Below, piece after piece: positions 34,283-46,738 of a stretch of 64,000 bases of DNA. This DNA comes from Dudresnaya verticillata. Its lineage: Eukaryota. Position numbers and translations under genes: made by a program. Position 1 is the first letter of the stretch. The number at the start of each line of letters is the position of its first letter. The stretch is from positions 2,976,001-3,040,000 of the forward strand of contig OZ374558.1 of the NCBI GenBank assembly GCA_977862235.1. Direction: 5' to 3'. The notes beneath the pieces are model-generated. The model worked only from the letters and a program-made list of their open reading frames with translations, was not told the origin of the DNA and did not search any database.

Positions 34283-35729
34283 GCGTGGTCAGCTATGAGG
34301 AGGCTATGTACCTGATCCAGTGGTACCTACAATGACCAGGGATATAGACCGTTTCATTAGATGTAACTGTAGTTGAGGTAAAGCATTGTGTACAGAACGA
34401 TACCTTTGCGCGAAGGTGACGGCGGAAAACAATAACAGTCTTGAGCGTTGCTGCAAAATAGTGTCCCCTCTTATACTGCGGTGAAACGGCTTGTAACAAA
34501 GTGGGGCGCGTGGGAACATCACTTGAACCAACGCGTAAAAGGGGTCCATAAGGGTTTTGTAACAAACGAGACGCGCACTATCGCAGGACAAGACTCGCCA
34601 AAGTCTCATATCTATAGAGCTGCAATGTCACTAAGGGTGGCCATTTTCTCTTACCCCTCGCAGTCGGCCCTGACACCACTCGGCACCAGCGCTGAGTTAT
34701 CGAGGAAACACGTCGATGACTGGCTCGGTGAGATGGTGTTTTGGAAGGAGGTCACTTTTCGGGTGGTTCATCTTTTCGTTTATGTCGCGGCTCCAGCAGT
34801 TTGACAGCCATCCCACTGCTGAGAAAGTCATCGGGCTCACTCGCCTTGCTTCGCTCCTTCCCCGAAGCGTTGCAGAAGCTCCCAACCAGCGCAGGCTACT
34901 GGACAGTACATCCGTAGTGTTCGTCGTCGAGATGTGCCACACACACCAACATGTTATGGCTTTCCTAATAACTCTTTGAACTTTGTTCACGTCGGGACGA
35001 GCCGTGTGAAAATTCAAGTGCCTCTCGGTGGGGCCGTGTAGGGCTGCGTGTAGGGTTGCTCCTCACCGTCCCCCGCACCCTCTTTCTACCTCGGCAAAGC
35101 TCACAATCAGACTGGAACAGGTGTGTTGCTTGCTCCCGTGCAGTCGCTGCGGTAGTTCAGCAGTAAGTGCTGGCGCGCCATTGGAGACAGCCATGCCTCC
35201 ATGCCCGTGTAGTGGGTATGGCAGAACGCTCGGGCTGTGGTGCACTTTGCGACGGTCCCACGGTTTGTGCACAGTGTAATAGCGTGGCACTCACACACAG
35301 TGCAGTTTACGACACTTTGGACATTTTTGCAGTGCTCCTCTGCTCCCGCCTGCAACACGTGCGTAGCTGGTGCCGTAGCAGCGCGGTAAGCCTTTCCGTG
35401 AATGTGCCGACATCTCAGCGCTGCAGGCAGGCACGGGCCGACTGGCGATCTCCGGCTGTTTCGGCCCGCGGCTCGGGAGTGAGTTCCATAGGCCGCAGGT
35501 CTCGCTATTGAATTGTTGGAGATGGAGTAGTGTCTCGTGCAAGTGTCACTGCGCAGAGCTGCGCGGATGCAGTCGTCCGAGTCAGCGGAATCGCGTCTTC
35601 ATTAGCAATATACGTTGCGGATGCGCAATAAAAACACCCTTCCGCTGAGCTGCCACGGGCGGCACGGAACCTTTGCGTCAATTGCCCCACAAAGACGGTC
35701 AAAGCACGTCGCTCGACCGCTCGCCCCGC

Positions 35730-37244
35730 ATGGACGACCCGAGAATTGCATACACGACCTCCCCCTCCTCTCTCCACCGCTCCAGCAACCGCCGACGCCC
35801 CAACCAGATGATATCTCCGTCGGGCGAGCTGTCGTACACCAACGCCCCATCCCCTTGGCGCACCGCCGAGCAGTCCGCCCCGCTCCTCACAACCTTCCTC
35901 CTCGCCGCCCTCGCCACACTCATCTCCTACCAACTAACATCCTTCGTCACCGACATTCTGCTAGGCGCCAAGCCCCGTCGCGAGTCCCCCATTCCATCTC
36001 TTCAAACCCTCCTCCTCGTCCGCCAGGCTTCCCCCATCGCAGTCTTGGCCAACCTACTGCGCCTCGATCCTCTAACACGAGCATACTACAGCCCAGTCCT
36101 GGGCAAGGGCACAACTATTGCGAGAGACCCTACACACATCCGCCCTCAAGTCGCCGCTCGTCTGCTTTTGCTCTTGCTCGCCGCCCCTGCTATCAATGTC
36201 CTCTCCATCATCCTTCCGCTCGAGTCGTCACAAACCCTGTCCTTCTCCGCTGCTGGCACTGGCGGCTTCTCGCTGAGCACCTCCCCGCGGCCGTTCCGCT
36301 CCGCCTCTATTCGTGTCAATGGACACTGCGAGCGGCAGTCCATCGCCTTGTTCCCGGGCGACACCGCTATCGCCGAACTCGACCTATGTGCCCCACCTTC
36401 ATCCTTTGAACGTGTCTGGCTTTCACAGGGATCCGTCAGCGTTATCGTCATCCGTGAATCTGTCATCATGCTCGCTGTTCAGGTCGGTCGCGTTCGCCGT
36501 AATCTTTTCAAGCAGGCCACGCTGAAGACAGGTGAAGACACGTATGTTCTCCGCGTTAATGTCGGGGAGGATACCGTTGCGGGAATAATGGAGGAAGGCA
36601 TGAAACTCATGGCAAGCATTTGCATGCGGAATATCAGCGACGCTAATCGCATCAAAGTTGGTCTCTTTGACCGCTATTTCGAGCATATCGAAACGCGGGG
36701 GATGGAATGTGACGTTGATACTGAGGTTGGGCAGTGGGCAAGTAGATATATTCTAACCCGCCTGTCCAGGTTTGTTACTGTTGTTGATGCAAAAGTGATG
36801 GAGCTGGGGCAGTTTGAGCAATTCGCAGTTGGCGGTGTAGCTGCAGAAGCTGAATGGTTAAACGGCAAGGATTTACCGTTTCTGGCTCGCCGACGACGGA
36901 ATCTAGGCCTGCGATTGATGGCAATTGCAGCGATCTTTGCGGTCTCGCTTCGTATTCTCTCCGCCATCATTTGGAATAACGATATTGACGAGGGCATCGA
37001 TCTCATCATCAAGCAGACGGTCAAATTGGGTTGCTGCGATAGCCTAGTGCGGGACGGAAATGAGAAGATAGTATACAACCACATGCACCAAATTGGAAAC
37101 GTGGCCAGATTCGGGCTGATCGAACAGGGGATGCCTGAAGTCACCCGATTTGAAGGAGCTGAAGTTGGGGCCGACGTATCATGCTTTGATCTTGCTGCAA
37201 GAGATTTGGACGGGATAGAACATTCTTGCAGCGACAGCCTATAG
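35730..37244 (+). CDS. Putative membrane protein of unknown function; paralogue of the next gene
   Basis: Long intact ORF with about three hydrophobic segments and motifs shared with 37331-38731. Confidence 0.85.
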   Translation: MDDPRIAYTTSPSSLHRSSNRRRPNQMISPSGELSYTNAPSPWRTAEQSAPLLTTFLLAALATLISYQLTSFVTDILLGAKPRRESPIPSLQTLLLVRQASPIAVLANLLRLDPLTRAYYSPVLGKGTTIARDPTHIRPQVAARLLLLLLAAPAINVLSIILPLESSQTLSFSAAGTGGFSLSTSPRPFRSASIRVNGHCERQSIALFPGDTAIAELDLCAPPSSFERVWLSQGSVSVIVIRESVIMLAVQVGRVRRNLFKQATLKTGEDTYVLRVNVGEDTVAGIMEEGMKLMASICMRNISDANRIKVGLFDRYFEHIETRGMECDVDTEVGQWASRYILTRLSRFVTVVDAKVMELGQFEQFAVGGVAAEAEWLNGKDLPFLARRRRNLGLRLMAIAAIFAVSLRILSAIIWNNDIDEGIDLIIKQTVKLGCCDSLVRDGNEKIVYNHMHQIGNVARFGLIEQGMPEVTRFEGAEVGADVSCFDLAARDLDGIEHSCSDSL

Positions 37245-37330
37245 TTTCGGAAAGTTTCTGGTGCCAATCGAGGGACTCCAACACTATGTCCGCACACTAA
37301 CATAGTGTGGTATCTGTAACTTACCTGGTG

Positions 37331-38731
37331 CTAGTCCCGGTCCGTTGCAATGTGGTTTATCTTTTCCAGATCGAAGCCTTCGGGCTCTGTGATCACATCC
37401 TCATATCTCAAGGTGCCTCTGCTTTGTAACATCGAGTCGCAGCTCTTCATATTCAGGTGGTGTTTCATGATTAACTCGACACCTTTGTGCAGATCATTAT
37501 TCGTCAAAGCTCGTACAATGATCCGCAGGAGTACTGCACCTCCGGCCAAAATAGCCAACGGAATAACATTCAAGAGGCCCCTTCTTCTCCGTAACAATGG
37601 CAGGGATCCGCCAGAAACAATTTTTCTCTTCTTACTACTCAGTTGGAGGAGGTCAATTCTGGGTGATTCAACGAGAGCTATTGGAGCGGTAATGGCCTGA
37701 ATGACTTGGCCAATAAGGGCTTCCTCCATGGCTGGGGCTGTGCAAGTCAAAGGCTTGTAAATCTCCCACTGGGTTGAGGTGGGGTTACCGCCGATGTTGG
37801 TAACCAACAGGTCGGCATCATCAGCCGCTCCTGGACATGAGGTTTCCAGCAGGTTGAGGCCACGAGTTATCAATTCTTTGCCCTGTTCAACGGTGATATT
37901 GGGCTGGACACGGAAGATCTCGCCGTCCGTGAAGATGTCTGAATAGATATCAAAAGAATGGGCAGTGGTGCCGTTGTGAAAGACGCCGGTTACCGCTCTG
38001 ACAGGCTTTTCTTCGGCTGGGACATTGACAGAAAGGTTGAGGCCCGCGTTGACACCTGCACCGATAAAGGGGACTGCTCCTTCCCAGCGCAAACCGTAAC
38101 TACATGTAAAAAAGTCTGCAATCTTGATCTCCTCTGCTCCATAACGTGTCGGGTGCTGGTGGCAGGCTCTGTAAGCGTCCCTGTGGTTGCGGGGGAGGAA
38201 GTTATCGACGCCAAGTACGAGGCCACCAAAGTTTGCGTCGTTGAAGGACAAGGTGGAGTCGCGCTCTAAACTAATAATGACGCCGACGAGATTGATGACC
38301 GGCGCGGCGGCCAGCATGGCAACAAACTTGAGTAGAACTGGGAATTTTATTCTTCCGTCGTTCTCTCTCCTCGGCGTGCGGGTGCAGCGTTTTCGGGTGA
38401 CGCCGTGGTGCTTCCAGTTGGCGACGGTTCGCCTCGGGAACAGAGAAGCAATGACGGAAGGCGGGGAGGCCTCTTCGGAGAGGAGGATGGAGGCGATGTC
38501 CGAGACTTTTGCCTCGCCGACTCGCTTGAGTCCAACAGCGATGTCGTAGACGATGACGGTGAGTTGGTAGGTGAGCAGGGTTGTGAGAACGCCGATGAGA
38601 AAGGCGTTGAGGACGGGACTTTCCGGTTGCCACGAGAGCGAGGACGTGGCGCCTGGGTAGGTCAAGGTTTGATTGTCAATCATGGCGATGTCCCGGACAC
38701 AGGCGGACAGTAGTAACTCGGCTCGGGCCAT
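37331..38731 (-). CDS. Putative membrane protein of unknown function (ORF open to 39049)
   Basis: Shares YQLT..V.DI..G.K, ASP..V.A.L, AAP.IN, LP.L.RRR..L and NND...G..LI.K with the convergent neighbour. Confidence 0.85.
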   Translation of the reverse strand: MARAELLLSACVRDIAMIDNQTLTYPGATSSLSWQPESPVLNAFLIGVLTTLLTYQLTVIVYDIAVGLKRVGEAKVSDIASILLSEEASPPSVIASLFPRRTVANWKHHGVTRKRCTRTPRRENDGRIKFPVLLKFVAMLAAAPVINLVGVIISLERDSTLSFNDANFGGLVLGVDNFLPRNHRDAYRACHQHPTRYGAEEIKIADFFTCSYGLRWEGAVPFIGAGVNAGLNLSVNVPAEEKPVRAVTGVFHNGTTAHSFDIYSDIFTDGEIFRVQPNITVEQGKELITRGLNLLETSCPGAADDADLLVTNIGGNPTSTQWEIYKPLTCTAPAMEEALIGQVIQAITAPIALVESPRIDLLQLSSKKRKIVSGGSLPLLRRRRGLLNVIPLAILAGGAVLLRIIVRALTNNDLHKGVELIMKHHLNMKSCDSMLQSRGTLRYEDVITEPEGFDLEKINHIATDRD

Positions 38732-40029
38732 GCGTCGCGTGGTCAGGCTGGCATTTTGGCGGCTGGGAGGTGGCAAGTCGCGCAAGGGGGGTAGGGGTGA
38801 GGTTGGATGCGTTCGAAGCTCGCGCTCAAGACGAGCGGGGCGGAGCTCGTAGCGGCTCGCCGAAACCAGGACTGGGTAGGCAACTCGAGAGGCAGATAGA
38901 AGTAGACGGAATGGAGTAATGTCGGACGGACTGGACTGTGGACTGTGGACTGTGGTCCGGCGTGGAGTGCTAAGAGGAAAGGATAGGGAAGAGTGGAGAG
39001 TGTAGCAAGAAACTTTTGAAGAAGGTATGTGCTGTTTCTCGGGAGACATACAGTGCTGACCTCACGCTTGATTCAGCCGTAGTGTATGCGCGTGTCTAAT
39101 TGCCGATGGAGAAAAGGCTCGACCAAAACGACGGTGGTACCGTCTGCCTGCGTGCCTGCCTGCTGCTCAATGAGTTGTTCGTGTTGCCGGCAGCCTGGCA
39201 TGAGGACCGGGGGCCTTGATGCGGTATCTCACTGCGGGGCTCCGGCTACGCCACAGTTCCGAACGAAGGGCACTTCGGCCGGGCACGCATTGGAAACACG
39301 CTGGCAGTCAACGTGTAAAGCGCCTCCTCGCACCTCGCAACAATGCGTACAAGGAAAGAAGAATTGGCGCCTGCCGGCTTTGCTGTCCCTCGTCAACAGT
39401 CTCCTCGTTCCCTCAGCCATGATCCTCGATACATCTAACAACGATACAGGCAACAAGCTCTCAAACATTCCCCGATGCCCACAACACCTTTGCCAAAATG
39501 TGCCAACAATCAATATTCAGTGAGTACACTCATATTCCGATTCAATCAAATGTTAGTCAACTTGTACTCACCCAATAGCCGCTGATTACTGGGCACTACT
39601 GTGCAGATCCTGTGCAGATCCTGTCGATCCGCGCTACTTGAAGCGCGATAAGTGTATTACAGTGATCCCTCGATTAGCGGTTACCTTCTTGAAGGAATTC
39701 CTTGATCTAAGAAACTCCAAACGGTCCCCCGCAACGCTACTCTTCAACGGGCCGTGCTATCCACGTTTCCTTTCTTCCTCGATGTAGGGAAGAACCTTGA
39801 TACAAAGCCAAGCCAGAACCCTTAAGTTTAGTTAAAATTTAGGCCATTCTATGTTTATTCAAGAAATTACTGAACGGTAATATAATGTGTATGTAATGGC
39901 ACCTTAAGTCACGGCATTCACATAACCGTTCAGTAACAGCGGTACGATACTTGAGATTGCAAACGAAGAAAACACAGAATCCCAACATAAAAGACATCAT
40001 CAGGGAGACACTTGCGACTCGTCGCACTA

Positions 40030-40709
40030 TCGTCTTATCGAGTTCGCCTCCTCCCTAAACCCACCATGACCAGGAACTTCTTGACAAATCGCCAAAAACT
40101 GGCCATCCAGAGGGGTATTCAAAAAGCCTCCAGAATGGACGATTCTGTCCACTATCATTCCAGGTAGAAAGAAGGCAAAGAAGCGGCTCACCCTTCTCGT
40201 GTATGCAAACGCATCAGGATCCGAAAACGTCCCCTTTTCTTCGTTGTAAATGCCATGCGGCCAAGGTGCTTCTACAAAAATTCTGGAAGCGAGTGGTTTC
40301 TGATTACACTGATAACAAGAAGGCGTGGCTGACGATGCAAATCTTTTTTTGAATATCTACCGCGTTTCGATGATCACATTTGTCAGATTCATGGTCGAAA
40401 GGTTCTGCTATTGCTTGGCAATTTTTATTGTCATGTATCTGCTGGTTTACTGCGGCCGCTATCTTCCTTACGCGTATAGTTCTTTACACCTAACACCACT
40501 TCCCAATTGAAGCCTCTGGATACTGGAATTATTGCATCTTTGAAGCAGCGCTATCGCACTGCTCAGTACAATCGTTATTAGGATGCGATAGACGCCAATG
40601 GGGAACATATTTCCGCTATTGACCAGCTTACGGCTATGGAATATTTTACAGCAGTGTGGTAAAGCGTTCCAGAATATTTGGTTCAGAATTGCTGGAAAGC
40701 AACCGGTTT
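40030..40709 (+). pseudogene. Heavily decayed Tigger/pogo DDE_1 transposase; appears to continue at 48779-49035
   Basis: Remnants RLTLLVYANASGSE, MRPRCF and NKKAWLT; split by C2 with TSD GGTTT. Confidence 0.65.
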
Positions 40710-41637
40710 TGTGGTATAACGAAGTCCACCGTGACGCAACGAAGTCTCGCACTGTAAGGAATGGCCTCGGAGCCTAACGAATGGCCTCGTCGCCTAACGG
40801 AGAAAGGAAAAGGGGTCGTAACGTGGTAGAGCGGAGCAACCAACACGAAGAACCACGGTACCACCGTATTCGTGCGCGTAAGGGAGAACGCGAGCTATCT
40901 ATCACCGGGGATGACTCCTTGTGCGCGGGGCTATCGAAAGCGAGGCTCGACCGTATCCGCGTTCACAAAGACGAAGACAGACAACTCGAAGGAACAGGCG
41001 TTTATCGAAGACTCCGAGGTGAGGGCGCTAGTCGCTTACCGGTAAACTCTCGAAGGTGTTGCCGGACTGTGGTGCAAAGGTCTGAAGACCGAACACCGCC
41101 GAGCAGTTCGGGGCTCGGTGGGTAGCCGCGCCCGTGGCGGTAAGTAGCCTTGCCTTGCCCGGCTTGTGGTAGAGCAGTGGACACGTCTTGGGCGGACTGT
41201 AGACGCCCGAGGCGGAAAGGAAGGAAAAAGGGAACAGAAAGTAAACACGTCAATATCGGTGATAGACGTGGAAGCACGGGAGGTAGATTCTTGCTGTAGG
41301 CAGCGGGAGGGTACGCGCGTGCGGAACGGGGAAATCTGGACCAAGGCCGGCTTGCTCGGGCGTTTACTGCTACGTCTGGGACGGCTTACCTAAGTATAGT
41401 ACGGCGGTGCGGCGGCGGCGGTGCGTGTGCGTAGCGCGGGAACTCTGGACACGTGTCGTCCCGAGGCGCGTCTGACAGATCACCCATTGCATGCAGCCGC
41501 GCGCCTGACAGGTTGCCGCGCAAACCCCTGCGTGGGCGCTTACAGACACACGTGGACGCGTGTTCCTTACAGCTGTGCGCGCGCGTGTACTGTAGAGCGT
41601 TCGCCTTGGGTCTAATCCGATACTTGTCCGATCGCGA

Positions 41638-42170
41638 TGTAATACAGTGAAAGGCTTACAGAACTGGGCCCTCTGCCCGCGTGTATGCGCGGAAATAGTG
41701 TTACCTATAGGGCGCCAGCAGGGACAAGATGGATAGCCTATGATTGGTCCAAGTGTCACCCTGCAGGACAGTAGCTTACTATCTGTCTATCTGTTTTAGA
41801 AGTTATAGCTTAGGATAGGGGGCGTGTATATAGCCCAGTATGAGGGGTGCTGCCTGAAAGTCGGAGTACCAAATAAGGGTATCTCCCGTACCGGTCACTG
41901 AACAGTAAAGGCAAGCACCTTCCGGCCCCAACTACGTCTCCAAGCTATCGGCACCGCAGCACACTTGTCACCCGTGCCCGGTTAACCGCCCGCCCAGTGA
42001 ACTACCTTCAGTATCGTGCTTTCAATCAGGTTACGTGCCCTCGTCTACCCTCTGGGTTCCTCCCGCTCTATCACCGCTACCAGGTACCCGCTCTGTGGTT
42101 TTCTCATTGAGTGCACTCTTTGAGTTCACAAGAGACCTAAAAGGTACTTCCTTACATCTGGTCTCCCGAC
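41638..42170 (+). mobile_element. 5' LTR (41638-42156) and PBS of another LTR family
   Basis: Ends TGTAA...TTACA with a TATA-like TATATA at ~41827. TGGTCTCCCGAC begins 2 nt after the LTR end. Confidence 0.75.
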
Positions 42171-42634
42171 CTAGAAGTTCTAGGTTGGTGAGCCGTTAAG
42201 AGGACGACGAATATCGTAACCCAATTGGATACTGAAGAAAATCAACCCACCAAGGCCCCTGCTACTCCAAGATGTCAACTCACTCTCAAAGTAGTTCCCG
42301 TCGTGGTCAGAAGGCGGGGCAGACCCATTGGTCCCCCCAGTTGAGGACCCGGAGTCTTTGCTCCACCCTCCGAGAACTCCTGGAGTAGAACAAGAGGAAC
42401 CGCCTGGTCAAGCATCCACCAATCCCGTAACAGGTAAACCCTTAGTAGGTCCTTCGAAATAAGTCGCAAGGCAACCCCCACTACATTCCAACCGTAACCA
42501 TTGGGTCAATACTGATCTAATGCCCCGTCTGATCAACTGGTTACATGATGAGTTGACCCTTCGGTTACCTCAAACGGTTGAACCACTAGTGGGACACTTT
42601 CTAGAAGAACAAGGTCCAAGGACATTCTCAGAGT

Positions 42635-43230
42635 TTGCCGTGCGGAGGAATCAGTCCGGCGCGATGTGTCCGCGAGCGTAACATTGGTGACATACCAGCT
42701 GCCGACGCGCGTCTTGACGGGGCGGACCTCTGTCCTGCCATCCGGGCCTTGCCCGGTGAACGTGAGGGGCATACTCGGAATATGGAACGCGTGGTGCGGG
42801 TACGACCGAGCGCCCAAAGGCGAGAGCGGGGTCCATGCCCCTTGTCTCTTCGTCATCGACGTAGCTGTCCGTCGATAGAGCCGAAGTTGGCACCGACGCT
42901 TGCTCGTCTGCCAAGTAGAGATCGCCATCGGCGTGTGTTTCCATGCCATCGACAGGGCGGCTAACGTCTCGGAACTCGACAGAGGACTCCGCTATCATAG
43001 CGCGCGCTGCAGGCTTTGAGCCTCTCGTCTGTGGACGCAGTACACCTCGGGCATCCCCGATGGCGGGTCGCGATGTGCGTACGGCTTGACCCGGTGTCAG
43101 TAGGTCACGTCGTGCTGACGCGGAACCGGCCCTGCCGTGTCGTGCGTGGTTGGCGTCTCCTTCGTCCTGCGCGAAGTGAACCAGCCGCTCGAATGGCAAT
43201 TCCGCCCTTGGCGTTTCTTCTCGGAAGCGA
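42635..43230 (-). pseudogene. Gypsy gag C-terminal fragment with zinc knuckle
   Basis: Knuckle CHQCYARGHIAPD. FERLVHFAQDEGD resembles FSTVRRIAIAEGE of the Gypsy-1 gag. Confidence 0.7.
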
Positions 43231-43234
43231 GCGA

Positions 43235-43949
43235 CCAGGGATGTCGGATTTCGTAGCAAACGGACGAACGTAGAACGGACCTGCGCACCGGTAGCAAGCG
43301 TGGTAGAACGGGGGCGCACAGACGAAGTCGCGGCCAAAATCCTGGATGAGCAGTGGAAAATGGCCGAGTTGGGAGAAGGTTGCAAAACTTTACTCCCAAC
43401 CTCTGGCGGGACGGCTTCGTACCTATTCTGGCCGAGCCGTGGTTTGTGGCCGTCTAAGTAGACCCAAAATCGGCCACTAGAGCTAATCTAGAGCTATTCT
43501 ACAGTTAGTGGCCGAGGTTACTCCCCGTCGGCCATAATATCTACTTGTGTTCCGGCGTCGGGCCAATGTTATACCCTTACCAGACTAAACCAAGTACTTG
43601 TCTGTTAGTGGTTGGCTTAATGAGTCAGATTTTCTCTTGATTTTTCTGCTGTCTTCTGCTTGATATCACCTGCGGCCAAATCCAATTTCCTTTTTGCACT
43701 TGCTCCAGATCCGATCACACAAATCATACGTGTACAGCGGGCCACGTGATGCGCTCGGGTGCCGTAGGTGGCCACGTGTGACACACTTGTACGCTTGATG
43801 GACGCGTGTGTCTCTTTGCGCGTGTTCACCGGCGTCCGCTCGGCCGCACTGTCGTCGCTTGGCCAAACATATCTTTCTGATTGGGCTGACTGTCCCACTT
43901 GGCCCGGCCGGTTGCGCTCGTTTCGGAGGCCCCTTGGCGTTGCACCACA
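43235..43949 (-). mobile_element. Partial Gypsy-1-family LTR (to 43503) and adjacent internal sequence
   Basis: Homologous to 52320-53010. Confidence 0.85.
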
Positions 43950-44704
43950 TGTAGAGCGTGCGCCTTGGGTCTAATCCGATACTTGTCCGGTCCCGATCCC
44001 ACCCGGATCCGGGCCAGCAATGCGAACACTCGCAGCCTTATAGGCCCGTATCTTACAGTTCAGGCGATCCGGATAGCCAATCTGGATACCGGATCCGGAT
44101 CCCATCCCATCTGGATCCGTATTACAGTGCCCCGGGGCGCCATGTCGGCCCATCACCGTACAGTGCCCGCGTGGCGCGCGGCGCGCAGCGTGCGCGCGCG
44201 CCCCAGTGAGCCGTCGATGATGTGTTCGTGCGCCACCGGCGGTGGTGAGCGCCGGTGGCGGTTTCTCCGTCGGTCGACGTATTTGTTGTTGCCCGCTTTC
44301 AGCGAAAAAGGGCTCACCTCCCCTTGCACCACACAGACGACTGGCTAAGTAATACTACGTGTAACGGGTAGTGTAAGTTATGTACTGTAAGATAGGCTAG
44401 CGCCGTCGGTACGGACGACGCCGGATCCCTCGACGAGTGTGGGACCGAACCCTATATCAAGGGACACAGTACCCGCGCCACTCCGCTATCATATTCATCA
44501 TATTCTCTTACCAATAAACCTCTGTGTCACCCACATGGTAGCATCGACTAGTCAACGTTTCTCGTTCTAGCCGCTGTTGATTCCTTGGCTGAGCCATCGC
44601 TCGCCTTTGGAACAGCTCACTGCCGTCGGTATTGAGTCACAAGAAGCTGAGGCACCGCTCGCGACTTGTTTACCGGCTTCACCGCACCCTCCCAGCCTCC
44701 CACT

Positions 44705-46700
44705 ATGGCAGAGTCTCACAACTCAGCCGGTCCGATGCTGAACCGCCCTCAAGAAGACCACATCTCCGATGAGCATCGTGCTCAGACCAAGGACATTTGG
44801 CACTTCTTCCGCCGCCCCCAAGACCTCAACGACGACGAACCATGGCCGTGCACAAAAATCTGCCTCGTCACCTCACAGCTCATCCCTGAGCACAACCCGG
44901 ACGCCGGTCCGATTCCAGCTACCCTCGCCGCAGCTTTGGAGTTCGACTTCCGTTCCTACACCAACATCATCGAACACTGTGACCATTTCTCCTTCTACAT
45001 CTCTGCCACAGCAGTCCGCAAGATGAAGCCCTTCTGGTTAAAAACTCTACACCACATCCTCATCAACTTCACCAAGTGTTCTCGCCCCCGCACGCGTAAC
45101 GTGAGCCCGATTGATTGTATCATATCCAACCTAGACGGCTACGACTGTATCGACGACAACGACCAGACTGCCCAACTTCGTCCAGAAGACTCGCCTTCTT
45201 CTACCGACTCTTCTCCCATCACTGCGATCAAGACGCAAGATTACGACCATCGCATGGACCTGAGCAGTGCTATCAAGGTTATCACCTCCATTTTTGACAA
45301 GTCAGATCCCATTACTGGCGATGAAGAAGAACCATTCTTCCACCGCTTGCAGCCGTTTCTGGACTACATGGATGCATCAAAGATACCCGATGAGCACAAG
45401 GTTCCGACACTCTTCTCTGTCTTAACTGTTTGTGCCAAAGACGCTGCGCAACGCATCCGGTCTAACTCGGCCACCATCGATGACTTTGTTGAAGGTCTTT
45501 CCAACATTCTTGTCAAGGAACACAACATCCAACAACGCAAGATGAACCGTTGGAACGCTCTCCAGTATGCTGACTTTCGCAACAAGGTTAGTTCAGAGCA
45601 TGAAGCCACTGGTAATTGTCTTGACTACCTCACGGCTCATTGCAAAGACCCTCCGCTCACATGAACAACAATGCGACCCTTCTCGAACGCATCCGTGCGA
45701 TATTCAAGGATCTCCCGTGGTGTATGACTCTCTATGAGCGCACGACTCCGAACCAAGACCCTCTCTCACTTGGACAACTTCTGAAGACTGCCGCTTCCAA
45801 CCACGATGACCACAACAAACGCAAGAAGCAACCCGGTACTCCCATGTTTCCTGTCAACCCCGACAACGGACATGACCCGATACCCGATCTAGTCGCCACC
45901 TTCTTCGCCAAAACAAGGCCGCTGCCTCAACACCGTCGACCGCAGAGGTACCAGAATCGAGGCTTCCCACGTTGTTACCAGAATCATGGTCATAACGGGC
46001 GATACAACAACTACCGTGGTAACTCACGATACGGTAACTCTTCTCGTTGGAATAGCCGCGTTCCGTCTCAACTTCGTACTCGCCGCTGCTTCGCATGCAA
46101 CATGGAAGGTCACATTGCTCGAAACTGTCCAGAGAGACGCAAGTACGAGAACCGTCTACATAACCTGAAGCAAGTTGGATCTGCAGCTGTTATGCTCATC
46201 GAAGCCATTTAGCAGGACCCTACCGATGATCTGGAAGAGATCGCAACATACCTTGCCAATTTTGAAGCCGACATCAGTGACAGCATGGATACCTCCGACT
46301 TCGACAACTGGATATGCGAACTCCTATACGTCATCGATACCAGTTACGACAACAACCCGTCTCCTTCTCATCACTTCCTCGTACCTATGCTTCCGTGGTC
46401 AAATGATGAGACCATGACTCACAGCGTCATCTCCGTATTCAGGCACATCCTGCTTGATACAGGCGCCCCGAAGAGCATTTGCAGCCTACCATGGCTAGCC
46501 CAGGCGAACTGGCAACCTGTTCCGAATTATGTCAAGCCGTTTCGCTTCGCAGGTACTCGAGTCTCCGCACTACATGCCGCATGCCTAATTGCAAACGTTG
46601 AAGATATTCATGGGCAGCAGCACATCTTCCGGCAAGTCGTACTTGTCCTACCCCCAACCCCGATACCGTTCTTGGTTGGCCTTCAGACATTCCAACAGCA
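44705..46700 (+). pseudogene. gag (CCHC knuckle) and aspartic protease of the GalEa-type element
   Basis: Motifs CFACNMEGHIARNC and LLDTGAPKSIC. There is a frameshift near 45650 and a stop at 46210. Confidence 0.85.
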
Positions 46701-46738
46701 ACTGTTCCCATGCCCCGAGCAACAGCTGAGAACAAGAA

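Larger units (their letters stand above)
41068..44333. mobile_element. Family B unit containing Gypsy fragments
   Basis: Ends TGTGGTGCAA...TTGCACCACA with TSD CGGAC/CAGAC. 41068-41637 and 43950-44333 match 27820-28721. Confidence 0.85.
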
